Part shown: positions 7,292-15,287 of the stretch, in pieces
Position numbering within the stretch: the first letter of the stretch is position 1
Layout of the letters: every line of letters starts with the position of its first letter
From: Gammaproteobacteria bacterium Milos-ODIII6
Lineage (GTDB): Bacteria; Pseudomonadota; Gammaproteobacteria; Chromatiales; Chromatiaceae
Length of the DNA: 24,000 nt
Assembly: GCA_029228645.1 (NCBI GenBank)
Contig: JAPTHR010000001.1
Span: 278,925 to 302,924 of the forward strand
Direction: 5' to 3'
Notes under the pieces: generated by a model
What the model saw: only the letters and a program-made list of their open reading frames with translations
The model's database searches: none
Told to the model about the DNA's origin: nothing
Program-made: the position numbers and the translations under genes

Positions 7292-8599
7292 ATGGTCATG
7301 ATTCCGGGCTTATACATGCGCAAGAAGCACCTGCTACCAATCATCCTGATCGCGATCGTGCTGTCATTGCCTCTGTTGGCCAAAGGGGTCATGCACCTGC
7401 GAGTGAAGCAGGCCATGGATGACCTGGTCGCTGCATCGGCCGACCGGTTTGAGATCAGCTACGGCGCGATCGATACCGAACTGCGGGGTGCCGCCTCGGT
7501 TTCCGACATCCGCATCCGTCCGGTGCAGGTGCAGGCAGCGATCGAGGTGGGGCGGGTGCGCCTCGCAAGCGACGATCCGCTGGCCTTCATGATTCCGGAC
7601 AGTTGGCGAGGAAGGCAGCAGCCGCAGCTTCCGGACAAGCTGCAACTGGTCGCCGAACAAATCCGGATTCCTCTCGAGACCGCCGTGCAGGAGGCGTTGC
7701 GCCAGCAAGCGGGGCCGCTGCAGCAGTTCGCTTCGCAGGGCTGTGCGAGCTTCAATGTCGATCCGATGCAGTTGCGTGCCATGGGGTTCGATTCCCTCAC
7801 CCTGGGGCTTGATCTCGACTACCGCTTCTACCCCGCGGACGAGACGCTCGAACTGGGCTTCCGTTTCGATCTCGAACAGATCGAGTCGGTCGCCCTGTCG
7901 CTACGTCTCAACGGCCTGGCGCCACAGATGGTTGAGCTGGAACAGCTGGCCGCACTGCGTTTCGCCATGGCGGACCTGCGGGTTCGCCTGGAGCCCGCTT
8001 TCGGCCAGCGCTTTCTCGCGCACTGCGCGGCCGAGGAGGGCGTTCCCGAGGAGGTCTACCGGGAAAAACTGCTCCAGGGCCTGCGCGATAACCTGAGCGA
8101 GTCGGGCGTCTCGATCGGCGAGGAGCTGCAGGGCGCGCTCTCCCAGTATTACCTGGAATGGGGCGATATCCGCATTTATATCAAGCCGGAACAACCGCTG
8201 GCCCTGCTGCAGCTGGCCGCCGTGGAGCCCGCCAGGCTGGTGCAGACCCTGGGCGTCAGCTTGTTCGTCAATGAGCGCCTGATACAGGACCTCGGTATCC
8301 GGCTTGACCGGGATCGTGAAGATGCGCCGGGTGAGACCCAGCCGAGCGGGACTGCCCGCCACACGCTGGTGCGTGAGTTCAAGCCGGTTTCCCGCGAGAG
8401 CCTGGGCCAGTACCAGGGTCGGGTGGTGCGCATCCACCCCGAGGGACAGCCGGTGAGAGAAGGTGTGCTGACCACGATCGTCGATGGCGTGGCCCAGGTT
8501 CGACGCCGTACCCGGGGTGGATCGGTGACCAGCCACGTGCCGCTGAACAGTATCGCCCGGGTGGAAGTGGAGCAGGTAAGGACGGTGCCTGCGGAGTAA
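7292..8599 (+). CDS. hypothetical membrane-anchored protein (no family recognised)
   Basis: The 435-aa ORF lies 12 nt after yajL on the same strand. It has an N-terminal RKKH motif plus a hydrophobic helix (LLPIILIAIVLSLPLLA). Composition looks coding throughout, and the C-terminal ~60 aa look beta-rich (GRVVRIHPEGQPVREGVLTTIVDGVAQV). ATG 7316 is an alternative start. Confidence 0.7.
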   Translation: MVMIPGLYMRKKHLLPIILIAIVLSLPLLAKGVMHLRVKQAMDDLVAASADRFEISYGAIDTELRGAASVSDIRIRPVQVQAAIEVGRVRLASDDPLAFMIPDSWRGRQQPQLPDKLQLVAEQIRIPLETAVQEALRQQAGPLQQFASQGCASFNVDPMQLRAMGFDSLTLGLDLDYRFYPADETLELGFRFDLEQIESVALSLRLNGLAPQMVELEQLAALRFAMADLRVRLEPAFGQRFLAHCAAEEGVPEEVYREKLLQGLRDNLSESGVSIGEELQGALSQYYLEWGDIRIYIKPEQPLALLQLAAVEPARLVQTLGVSLFVNERLIQDLGIRLDRDREDAPGETQPSGTARHTLVREFKPVSRESLGQYQGRVVRIHPEGQPVREGVLTTIVDGVAQVRRRTRGGSVTSHVPLNSIARVEVEQVRTVPAE

Positions 8600-8623
8600 A
8601 CCCCGACTGGTGAATTGTTCGGG

Positions 8624-10279
8624 CTATTTGTTTCTCAGCAAGGCGTGCAGCAGCAGCGCCAGGCCGGTCCCGCTCGAAGCCAGCGCCAGCACCCCGTTGC
8701 CGAGCTGCGGCAACAGTGGCGTTTGTGCAAGGTGGAGCAGCACGCCGGCGAGCAACAGGCTGGCGCCCGCGATCGCCTGGCGCGTGCCCTGTTGGCCGCT
8801 GCGTATCTGTTCCTGGATGGCCAGCAGCGCCGCGCTTTGCAGCTCTCTGTCGCGACCACCCTCGGCGACGCGCTTGAGCGCGCGATAGGCGAGATGGGGG
8901 ATCTCCGGCAGCTGCTCCGACATTGCCGGGAGCGCCTTCTCGACCCGTTTGGAAAACGCGCGTGGACCCACCTGTTGCGCCATCCAGCGCTCCATGAAGG
9001 GCTTGGCCGTATTCCAGAGGTCCAGTTCCGGGTATAGCTGGCGCCCCAGTCCCTCGATATTCAGCAGGGTCTTCTGCAAAAGCACCAGCTGCGGCTGTAC
9101 CTCCATATCGAAGCGGCGCGCTGTCTGGAACAGGCGCAGCAGGAAGTGCCCGAAAGAGATCTGGCTGATTGGTTTTTCCCAGATCGGCTCGCTCACCGCG
9201 CGTATCGCGCTCTCGAATTCGTGCACCCGGGTCGTAGCGGGCACCCAGCCGGATTCGACGTGCAGCTCGGCCACCCGGCGGTAGTCGCGGTGAAAGAAGG
9301 CCAGCAGGTTTTCCGCCAGGTAACGCTGGTCCTGGGTGGTCAGGGTCCCCATGATGCCGAAGTCGACCCCGATATAGCGACCGTCCGGGGCAACGAAGAT
9401 GTTGCCCGGGTGCATGTCCGCGTGAAAGAAGTTGTCGCGGAACACCTGGGTGAAAAAGATTTCAACGCCCCTCCGGCCGAGCATGCCGAGATCGATACCG
9501 GCGCGCTTGAGCTCGTCGATCTGATCGACCGGTATCCCGTAGATACGCTCCTGCACCATCACGTCGCTACGGGTGTAGTCCCAATAGATCTGCGGCACGT
9601 ACAGCAGCTCGCTGTTGGCGAAGTTACGCCTCAAAAGGGCGCAGTTGGCGGCCTCGCGCGCCAGGTCGAGCTCATCGTGGATGGTCTTGTCGTACTCCTC
9701 GACCACCTCTACCGGTCGCAGGCGGCGCGCTTCGCTGGAGTAGCGACGCGCCATGCGCGCCACGGTATAGAGCAGGTCGATGTCCCGGCGTATGACTTTC
9801 CGTATTCCCGGGCGAACCACCTTGACCACGACCTCGGTGCCATCGTGCAGGCGCGCCGCGTGTACCTGGGCGATGGAGGCAGAGGCGAGCGGTTCCAGGC
9901 TGAACTCGGCGAACAGGGTCCCGACCGGTTCCCCCAGGGATTTTTCCACGATCGTTCTGGCCTGCTCGCCCGGGAACGGAGGCACCTGGTCCTGCAGACG
10001 GGACAGTTCTTCCGCGATGTCGTCAGGCAGCAGGTCGCGTCGGGTCGAGAGTATCTGCCCGAACTTGACGTACAGCGGGCCGAGATCCTCGAGAGCCTCG
10101 CGGATGCGGACGCCTCTGGGTGCCGCGCGAACGCGTCGGGTGAGACGGAAGGGCGAAAGATAGCGCAGAAAGCGGATTGGCCGAAACAGATGAGCGGCCA
10201 GGATGATCTCATCCAGGCCGTGACGCATCAGCACCCAGGTGATATGCGCGACCCGCAGACCTTCACGGAGCGGGATCAT
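8624..10279 (-). CDS. ubiB: ubiquinone biosynthesis regulatory protein kinase UbiB (ABC1/ADCK family)
   Basis: The 551-aa ORF has GPLYVKFGQILSTRRDLLP, ASIAQVH.A, the HADMHPGNIFV kinase-like core and C-terminal TM helices. Its start overlaps the ubiJ stop by 4 nt (ATGA). Confidence 0.95.
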   Translation of the reverse strand: MIPLREGLRVAHITWVLMRHGLDEIILAAHLFRPIRFLRYLSPFRLTRRVRAAPRGVRIREALEDLGPLYVKFGQILSTRRDLLPDDIAEELSRLQDQVPPFPGEQARTIVEKSLGEPVGTLFAEFSLEPLASASIAQVHAARLHDGTEVVVKVVRPGIRKVIRRDIDLLYTVARMARRYSSEARRLRPVEVVEEYDKTIHDELDLAREAANCALLRRNFANSELLYVPQIYWDYTRSDVMVQERIYGIPVDQIDELKRAGIDLGMLGRRGVEIFFTQVFRDNFFHADMHPGNIFVAPDGRYIGVDFGIMGTLTTQDQRYLAENLLAFFHRDYRRVAELHVESGWVPATTRVHEFESAIRAVSEPIWEKPISQISFGHFLLRLFQTARRFDMEVQPQLVLLQKTLLNIEGLGRQLYPELDLWNTAKPFMERWMAQQVGPRAFSKRVEKALPAMSEQLPEIPHLAYRALKRVAEGGRDRELQSAALLAIQEQIRSGQQGTRQAIAGASLLLAGVLLHLAQTPLLPQLGNGVLALASSGTGLALLLHALLRNK

Positions 10280-10890
10280 GCGCTTTCGTTATCCAGCAGT
10301 CGAATACGGGCGGCGAGTCTTTCCACGTCGTCGCGCAGGGTCTCGACGTCGCGTATCCAGTCCTCGATCTCGAAGGCATGCGGCAGCAGTCGCGCCTCTT
10401 CGGTGAGGTACTCGGAAAGATTCTGCTGCGCCAGCTTGAGCGTTCTCTGTGCCTGGTCGCGCGTGTCGCGGCCGAAGCGGGCGAGTGCATGTGCGGTGAC
10501 GTCGCCGACGTAACGTGACAGCTGCTCCTCCCAATCGATCTGCAGATTGCCGAGCACCTCGCTGAAGCGGTGCGCCAGTTCCGTGTCCCCGGAGATCGCG
10601 ACATGTCCTGCAAACAGCTGCGCCGGCCCCTGCTGCCTGTCGGAGGCCCGCATCAGGTCGAGCGGGCTGCCTTCGATACGACAATCGGCTTGCCCTTCGT
10701 AACTACCCTGCAGCTGCAATCGCCCGTGCTGATCCGGAATGAAGTAGAAAGTGATAGCGGTACCGCGCAGCGCGATCGCGATTACCCGACCATGCCATTC
10801 CGCGAAGCGCTGCGCCGCGACCGGGTCGAGCGAAACGACGCGGTTGATCAGGTCTTCGAGGGTTTCCAGGGCTAGCTCGCGCGCACTCAT
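10276..10890 (-). CDS. ubiJ: ubiquinone biosynthesis accessory factor UbiJ (SCP2 domain)
   Basis: It sits between ubiE and ubiB, as in other gammaproteobacteria, and has an SCP2-like N-terminal half. I chose the ATG at 10890 (MSARELAL...), 7 nt after the ubiE stop. The ORF-track start at 10935 would overlap ubiE. Confidence 0.85.
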   Translation of the reverse strand: MSARELALETLEDLINRVVSLDPVAAQRFAEWHGRVIAIALRGTAITFYFIPDQHGRLQLQGSYEGQADCRIEGSPLDLMRASDRQQGPAQLFAGHVAISGDTELAHRFSEVLGNLQIDWEEQLSRYVGDVTAHALARFGRDTRDQAQRTLKLAQQNLSEYLTEEARLLPHAFEIEDWIRDVETLRDDVERLAARIRLLDNESA

Positions 10891-10897
10891 CCCGCGT

Positions 10898-11647
10898 TTA
10901 AAGCTTGAAGCCCCGATGAACTGCCACGATGCCACCCGTCAGGTTGTGCACATCGCAGCGTTCGAAGCCGGCATCTTCCATCATGCCCTTGAGTGTTTCC
11001 TGGTCGGGGTGCATGCGGATGGACTCCGCAAGATAGCGGTAGCTGTCCGGGTCGTTCGCGACCAGGCGTCCCATCCGGGGCAGTACCCCGAAAGAATAGG
11101 CATCATAGATTTTCTGCAACGGTTTGCTGGTGGGCTTGGAGAACTCGAGCACCAGCGCCCGTCCACCCGGCTTGAGAGCCCGGAACATGCTTTGCAGGGC
11201 GCGCTCCTTGTGGGTGACATTGCGCAAGCCGAAGGCGATGGTAATGAGATCGAGGCTGTCGTCCGCGAGCGGGAGTTGCTCAGCGTCGATCTGCGCATAG
11301 GCAATATTGCCGACATGTCCGCGGTCGGCCATCCGGTCGCGGCCGACACTGAGCATACTCGCGTTGATGTCGGACATGACCACCAGGCCTTGCGGGCCAA
11401 CCAGGCCGGCGAAGCGGTCGGCGAGGTCGCCGGTGCCGGAGGCGAGGTCGAGGATGACCTGACCGGTGCGCACGCCCGCGAGTTCGATTGCGAAGCGCTT
11501 CCAGAGACGATGCACGCCGAACGACATGAGATCGTTCATCAGGTCGTACTTGTTCGCGACCGAATCGAACACGCCCCTCACCAGGCTGGCCTTGTCGCCG
11601 CTGGGAACAGTCTTGAAACCGAAGTGCGTGGAGTCGCGCTCGCTCAT
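10898..11647 (-). CDS. ubiE: demethylmenaquinone/ubiquinone C-methyltransferase UbiE
   Basis: From the ATG at 11647 the protein reads [15 protein letters not shown]...[25 protein letters not shown]...LDLASGTGD...FGLRNV...[12 protein letters not shown] (249 aa), a full-length UbiE pattern. The 345-aa track ORF is over-extended at the 5' end. Confidence 0.95.
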   Translation of the reverse strand: MSERDSTHFGFKTVPSGDKASLVRGVFDSVANKYDLMNDLMSFGVHRLWKRFAIELAGVRTGQVILDLASGTGDLADRFAGLVGPQGLVVMSDINASMLSVGRDRMADRGHVGNIAYAQIDAEQLPLADDSLDLITIAFGLRNVTHKERALQSMFRALKPGGRALVLEFSKPTSKPLQKIYDAYSFGVLPRMGRLVANDPDSYRYLAESIRMHPDQETLKGMMEDAGFERCDVHNLTGGIVAVHRGFKL

Positions 11648-11672
11648 GCTGGACGGGTCTCGTATGCGTGCC

Positions 11673-12044
11673 TCAGGAGGCGGGTTCCTTGCGGGTGTAG
11701 CCCTTCTCCTTGAGTTCCTCGAGATAGGCGGCCCACAGGTCGTCGTAGTTCTTGCCCAAATTGTACAGGGTTTCCCAGGAGTAGATGCCGGTGTTGTGCT
11801 GGTCGTCGAAGTACAGCTGGACCGCATAGTTGCCGACCGGCTCGATGCGCTCGACGTTGACGTTTTCCTTGCCCAGTGGCACCTGGCGCTGACCCGGTCC
11901 ATGCCCCATGACCTCGGCCGAGGGTGAGTAGACACGCAGATACTCGGCGGGGAGTTTGAAGTTGGCGCCGTCCTCGAAGGAGATCTCGAGCACCCGCGAC
12001 ATACGATGCAGGTTCAGTTCGGTGGGGTTGGGGGTGTTCAGCAT
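11673..12044 (-). CDS. DUF971 family protein (gamma-butyrobetaine hydroxylase-like N-terminal domain)
   Basis: From the ATG at 12044 the protein reads [44 protein letters not shown]...[18 protein letters not shown] (123 aa). I recall this family as commonly found just upstream of ubiE. Confidence 0.85.
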   Translation of the reverse strand: MLNTPNPTELNLHRMSRVLEISFEDGANFKLPAEYLRVYSPSAEVMGHGPGQRQVPLGKENVNVERIEPVGNYAVQLYFDDQHNTGIYSWETLYNLGKNYDDLWAAYLEELKEKGYTRKEPAS

Positions 12045-12150
12045 GGTTCGGTTCCGTTCGTGGATTGCCTGAATGGGGCGATATTCTGGCCGAGCGCGCA
12101 CGGATTTTCACCCCGTGCGGCCGGAGGTAGAAAGCGCGCCGTGCAAGCAA

Positions 12151-12174
12151 CTCTCCCCGCTAAAGAGGGGAGGG
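12151..12174 (-). terminator. possible weak terminator after fbaB
   Basis: The minus strand reads CCCTCCCC-TCTTTAGC-GGGGAGAG followed by TTGCTTGC. The stem is 8 bp including one G-U pair, and the U-tract is poor. Confidence 0.35.
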
Positions 12175-12188
12175 CCGGGCTGCTGGCG

Positions 12189-13241
12189 TCAGGCGATGGT
12201 CACGTCATCACTGAGGTAGACGTCCTGGATCGCGTTCAGTAGTTCCACCCCCTCGCCCATGGAGCGTTGGAAGGCCTTGCGTCCCGAGATCATGCCCATG
12301 CCGCCGGCGCGCTTGTTGATCACCGCGGTGCGCACCGCCTGGGCGAGGTCGCCGGCGCCGGAGGATGCGCCGCCGGAATTGATCAGGCCGGCGCGGCCCA
12401 TATAGCAGTTGGCCACCTGGTAGCGCACCAGGTCGATCGGATGCTCGCTGGTCAGATCCTCGTAGACCTTCGGGTGGGTCTTGCCGAACTTGATCGCGTT
12501 ATAGCCCCCGTTACCCTCGGCCTGCTTCTGTTTGACGATATCGGCACCGATGGTAGCCGCGAGGTGGTTCGCCTGGCCGGTCAGGTCGGCGGCGGTGTGG
12601 TAGTCCGTGCCGTCGTGCTTGAAGGCATTGTTGCGCAGGTAGGCCCACAGCACGGTCACCATGCCGAGCTCATGCGCGTGCTCGAAGGCCTCGCTGATCT
12701 CCTGGATCTGGCGGCGCGACTCGGGCGATCCGTAATAAATGGTGGCGCCAACCGCGACCGCACCCATGTCAAAGGCCTGGTCCACGGAGGCGAACAGGGT
12801 CTGGTCGTAGAAATTGGGGTAGCTGAGGATCTCGTTGTGGTTGATCTTGACCAGGAAAGGGATCTTGTGGGCGTACTTGCGCGCCACCGACTGCAGCACG
12901 CCAAAGGTGGAGGCGACCGCATTGCAGCCGCCCTCTATCGCCAGCTCACAGATGTTGGCCGGGTCGAAGTAGAGCGGGTTGGGTGCGAAGGAAGCCCCGG
13001 CGGAGTGTTCCACGCCCTGGTCGACCGGCAGGAGCGAGAGGTAACCGCTACCGCCGAGACGCCCGTGGTTGAACAGGCATTGCATGTTGCGCAGCACCCC
13101 CGGGCTGAGATCCTTGGGTGCTACCACGCGGTCGACGTAGTCCGCGCCCGGCAGCTGCAGGGCATCGCTCGCGATCGTGGAGCAGGAGTGTTCGAGCAGG
13201 CTTTGCGCCTCGTCGCCGAGCAGTAGGGAAATATCGGTCAT
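12189..13241 (-). CDS. fbaB: class I fructose-bisphosphate aldolase (FbaB/DhnA type)
   Basis: From the ATG at 13241 (AGGAGAA SD upstream) the 350-aa product is near-colinear with E. coli FbaB as I recall it: MTDI..LLG......[87 protein letters not shown]. Confidence 0.95.
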   Translation of the reverse strand: MTDISLLLGDEAQSLLEHSCSTIASDALQLPGADYVDRVVAPKDLSPGVLRNMQCLFNHGRLGGSGYLSLLPVDQGVEHSAGASFAPNPLYFDPANICELAIEGGCNAVASTFGVLQSVARKYAHKIPFLVKINHNEILSYPNFYDQTLFASVDQAFDMGAVAVGATIYYGSPESRRQIQEISEAFEHAHELGMVTVLWAYLRNNAFKHDGTDYHTAADLTGQANHLAATIGADIVKQKQAEGNGGYNAIKFGKTHPKVYEDLTSEHPIDLVRYQVANCYMGRAGLINSGGASSGAGDLAQAVRTAVINKRAGGMGMISGRKAFQRSMGEGVELLNAIQDVYLSDDVTIA

Positions 13242-13376
13242 GTGCAGGTTCTCCTGGATGAGTACGTCTGAAACCCAGTGTCGGTCCGTCACATGAAACC
13301 ACGGTTACCGTGATTGCCGGACACCCGGGGAGCTATCCCCGCCATGCCGGCGTGCCACGCGCCGGATGAATCAAGA

Positions 13377-14711
13377 CTACAGGATATAGCGGCTCAGGTC
13401 CTCGTTCTCGGAGAGTGCTTCGAGGTTGCGGCTGACCAGCTCGGCATCGATCGTGACCGTCTGTTCCCGGTAGTGCGGCGCCATGAACGAGACCTCTTCC
13501 AGGAGCCGCTCCATGACCGTGTGCAGCCGGCGCGCGCCGATGTTTTCGGTCCGCTCGTTGACCTGCCAGGCGATCTCTGCGATCCGCCGCACCCCGTCCG
13601 GAGTGAACTCCAGCTGCACACCCTCGGTCGCCATGAGCGCCTGGTATTGCTCGGTGAGCGAGGCGTCCGGTTCGGTCAGGATGCGCACGAAATCGTCGCT
13701 GTTGAGCGCATTCAGTTCCACCCGGATAGGCAGGCGCCCCTGCAGCTCCGGGATCAGGTCGGACGGCTTGCTCAGGTGAAACGCGCCCGAGGCGATGAAC
13801 AGAATGTGATCGGTGCGCACCATGCCCTGCTTGGTCGAGACCGTGCAGCCCTCCACCAGCGGCAGGAGATCGCGCTGTACGCCCTCGCGCGAGATATCGG
13901 CGCCCTGCGCTTCGGCGCGGCTGGTAACCTTGTCCAGCTCGTCCAGGAACACGATCCCGTTCTGTTCCACCATCTCGACCGCGCGCAGCTTCAGCTCTTC
14001 CTCGTTGACGCGCTTGGCCGCCTCATCGTCGGTCAGCATCTTGAGTGCATCGCGGATTCGCAGCTTCTGCTTGCGTGTGCGGCCGCTGCCCATGTTCTGG
14101 AACAGGCCCTGCAGCTGGCTGGTCATTTCCTCCATCCCGGGCGGGGCCATGATCTCCACACCCATTGGAGAGGCGGATGTTTCCACTTCGATTTCCTTGT
14201 CGTCCAGCTCGCCGGCGCGCAGCTTGGCGCGGAATTTCTCGCGCGTCGCGCTGCTTTCCGCGGGCCTGGCTTCCTCCTCCCAGGAGCTGGTCCGGGGAGG
14301 CGGCAGCAGAATGTCGAGGACACGGTCTTCCGCGGCCAGGTGCGCGACGTCGCGTACCTTGTCCATCTCCTGTTCGCGCACCATCTTCACTGCACTGTCG
14401 GACAGATCGCGGATAATCGAATCGACCTCGCGCCCGACATAGCCGACCTCGGTAAACTTGGTGGCCTCGACCTTGATGAAAGGCGCATTGGCGAGCTTGG
14501 CCAGGCGGCGTGCGATTTCGGTCTTGCCCACCCCGGTGGGCCCGATCATGAGGATGTTCTTGGGCGTTATTTCGTTGCGCAGGGAGGCCTCCACACGGCT
14601 GCGTCGCCAGCGGTTGCGCAAAGCAATCGCGACCGAGCGCTTGGCTTCCTGCTGCCCGACAATGTGCTTGTCGAGCTCCTGCACGATGGCTTCCGGGGTG
14701 ATGTCAGACAT
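13377..14711 (-). CDS. hslU: ATP-dependent protease ATPase subunit HslU
   Basis: The 444-aa ORF starts [34 protein letters not shown] and has Walker A ([15 protein letters not shown]) and Walker B ([10 protein letters not shown]) motifs. Its start overlaps the hslV stop by 8 nt. Confidence 0.97.
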   Translation of the reverse strand: MSDITPEAIVQELDKHIVGQQEAKRSVAIALRNRWRRSRVEASLRNEITPKNILMIGPTGVGKTEIARRLAKLANAPFIKVEATKFTEVGYVGREVDSIIRDLSDSAVKMVREQEMDKVRDVAHLAAEDRVLDILLPPPRTSSWEEEARPAESSATREKFRAKLRAGELDDKEIEVETSASPMGVEIMAPPGMEEMTSQLQGLFQNMGSGRTRKQKLRIRDALKMLTDDEAAKRVNEEELKLRAVEMVEQNGIVFLDELDKVTSRAEAQGADISREGVQRDLLPLVEGCTVSTKQGMVRTDHILFIASGAFHLSKPSDLIPELQGRLPIRVELNALNSDDFVRILTEPDASLTEQYQALMATEGVQLEFTPDGVRRIAEIAWQVNERTENIGARRLHTVMERLLEEVSFMAPHYREQTVTIDAELVSRNLEALSENEDLSRYIL

Positions 14712-15249
14712 TGCTGTCGAGTTCCTCGATGACTAGGTTGTGATTGGTGTAGACGCAGATGTCGGCGGCGATCGACAACCCACGCTGCACGATCTCGCGT
14801 GCCGGGAGGTCAGTGGTGTCGAGCATCGCGCGTGCCGCCGCCTGGGCGTAACTGCCACCAGAGCCGATGGCCATCAGACTGTCTTCCGGCTCGACCACGT
14901 CCCCGGTCCCGGTGAGAATCAGTGACGCCTCCGGATCGGCAACCACCAGGAGCGCCTCGAGACGGCGCAGCATGCGGTCAGTGCGCCAGTCCTTGGCCAG
15001 TTCCACCGCTGCCCGCGTGAGCTGACCGGAGTGCTTTTCCAGTTTTCCCTCGAAGCGCTCGAACAAGGTAAAGGCGTCCGCCGTGGCGCCGGCGAAGCCG
15101 GCCAGCACCTGGCCCTTGTAGAGTCGCCGCACCTTGCGGGCATTGCCCTTCATGACGGTGTTGCCCATCGAGACCTGGCCATCGCCGCCAACGACGACCT
15201 TGCCGTTGCGGCGGACCGATAGAATGGTTGTTCCGAGGATTTGCTGCAC
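14704..15249 (-). CDS. hslV: ATP-dependent protease peptidase subunit HslV
   Basis: It has [38 protein letters not shown]...[18 protein letters not shown]. It uses a GTG start with GGGAG 5 nt upstream, giving a 6-residue extension (MQQILG) before the catalytic Thr. Confidence 0.93.
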   Translation of the reverse strand: MQQILGTTILSVRRNGKVVVGGDGQVSMGNTVMKGNARKVRRLYKGQVLAGFAGATADAFTLFERFEGKLEKHSGQLTRAAVELAKDWRTDRMLRRLEALLVVADPEASLILTGTGDVVEPEDSLMAIGSGGSYAQAAARAMLDTTDLPAREIVQRGLSIAADICVYTNHNLVIEELDSNV

Positions 15250-15287
15250 GCGCGCTCCCGATGCTGGAGAAAGACGTGGATTTTAGC

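Noticed and set aside
8600-8623. A short CCCGA...TCGGG inverted repeat in the 24-nt convergent gap between orf435 and ubiB, as a possible bidirectional terminator.
   Set aside because: It has only a 5-bp stem with a 12-nt loop and no flanking T or A tracts. This is too weak to call.
11648-11935. 5' extension of the ubiE ORF (345 aa in the track). Similar N-terminal extensions occur for lysA (to 23975), fbaB (to 13292), DUF971 (to 12101), ubiJ (to 10935) and the H1-like gene (from 21412).
   Set aside because: The extensions overlap the neighbouring upstream gene or promoter region and have biased S/T/R/P composition. Family-typical N-termini begin at the internal ATGs I used: 11647, 23780, 13241, 12044, 10890 and 21565.
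13242-13376. Hairpins CGGGGA-GCTA-TCCCCG and CCGGCG-N7-CGCCGG, plus a TGTGA-containing CRP-like half-site, between hslU and fbaB.
   Set aside because: Neither stem is followed by a U-tract on the minus strand. The CRP-like site matches only one half of the consensus (TGTGA) and has a poor second half. There is not enough to annotate a terminator or operator.
15229-15249. A six-residue extension (MQQILG, GTG start) before the catalytic N-terminal Thr of HslV. This could be a novel propeptide.
   Set aside because: No start codon lies directly before the Thr-Thr, so the extension is real. However, short MEQF.G-type extensions before TTI are, to my recollection, common in HslV from several proteobacterial lineages. 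I regard it as a known variation rather than a new feature.
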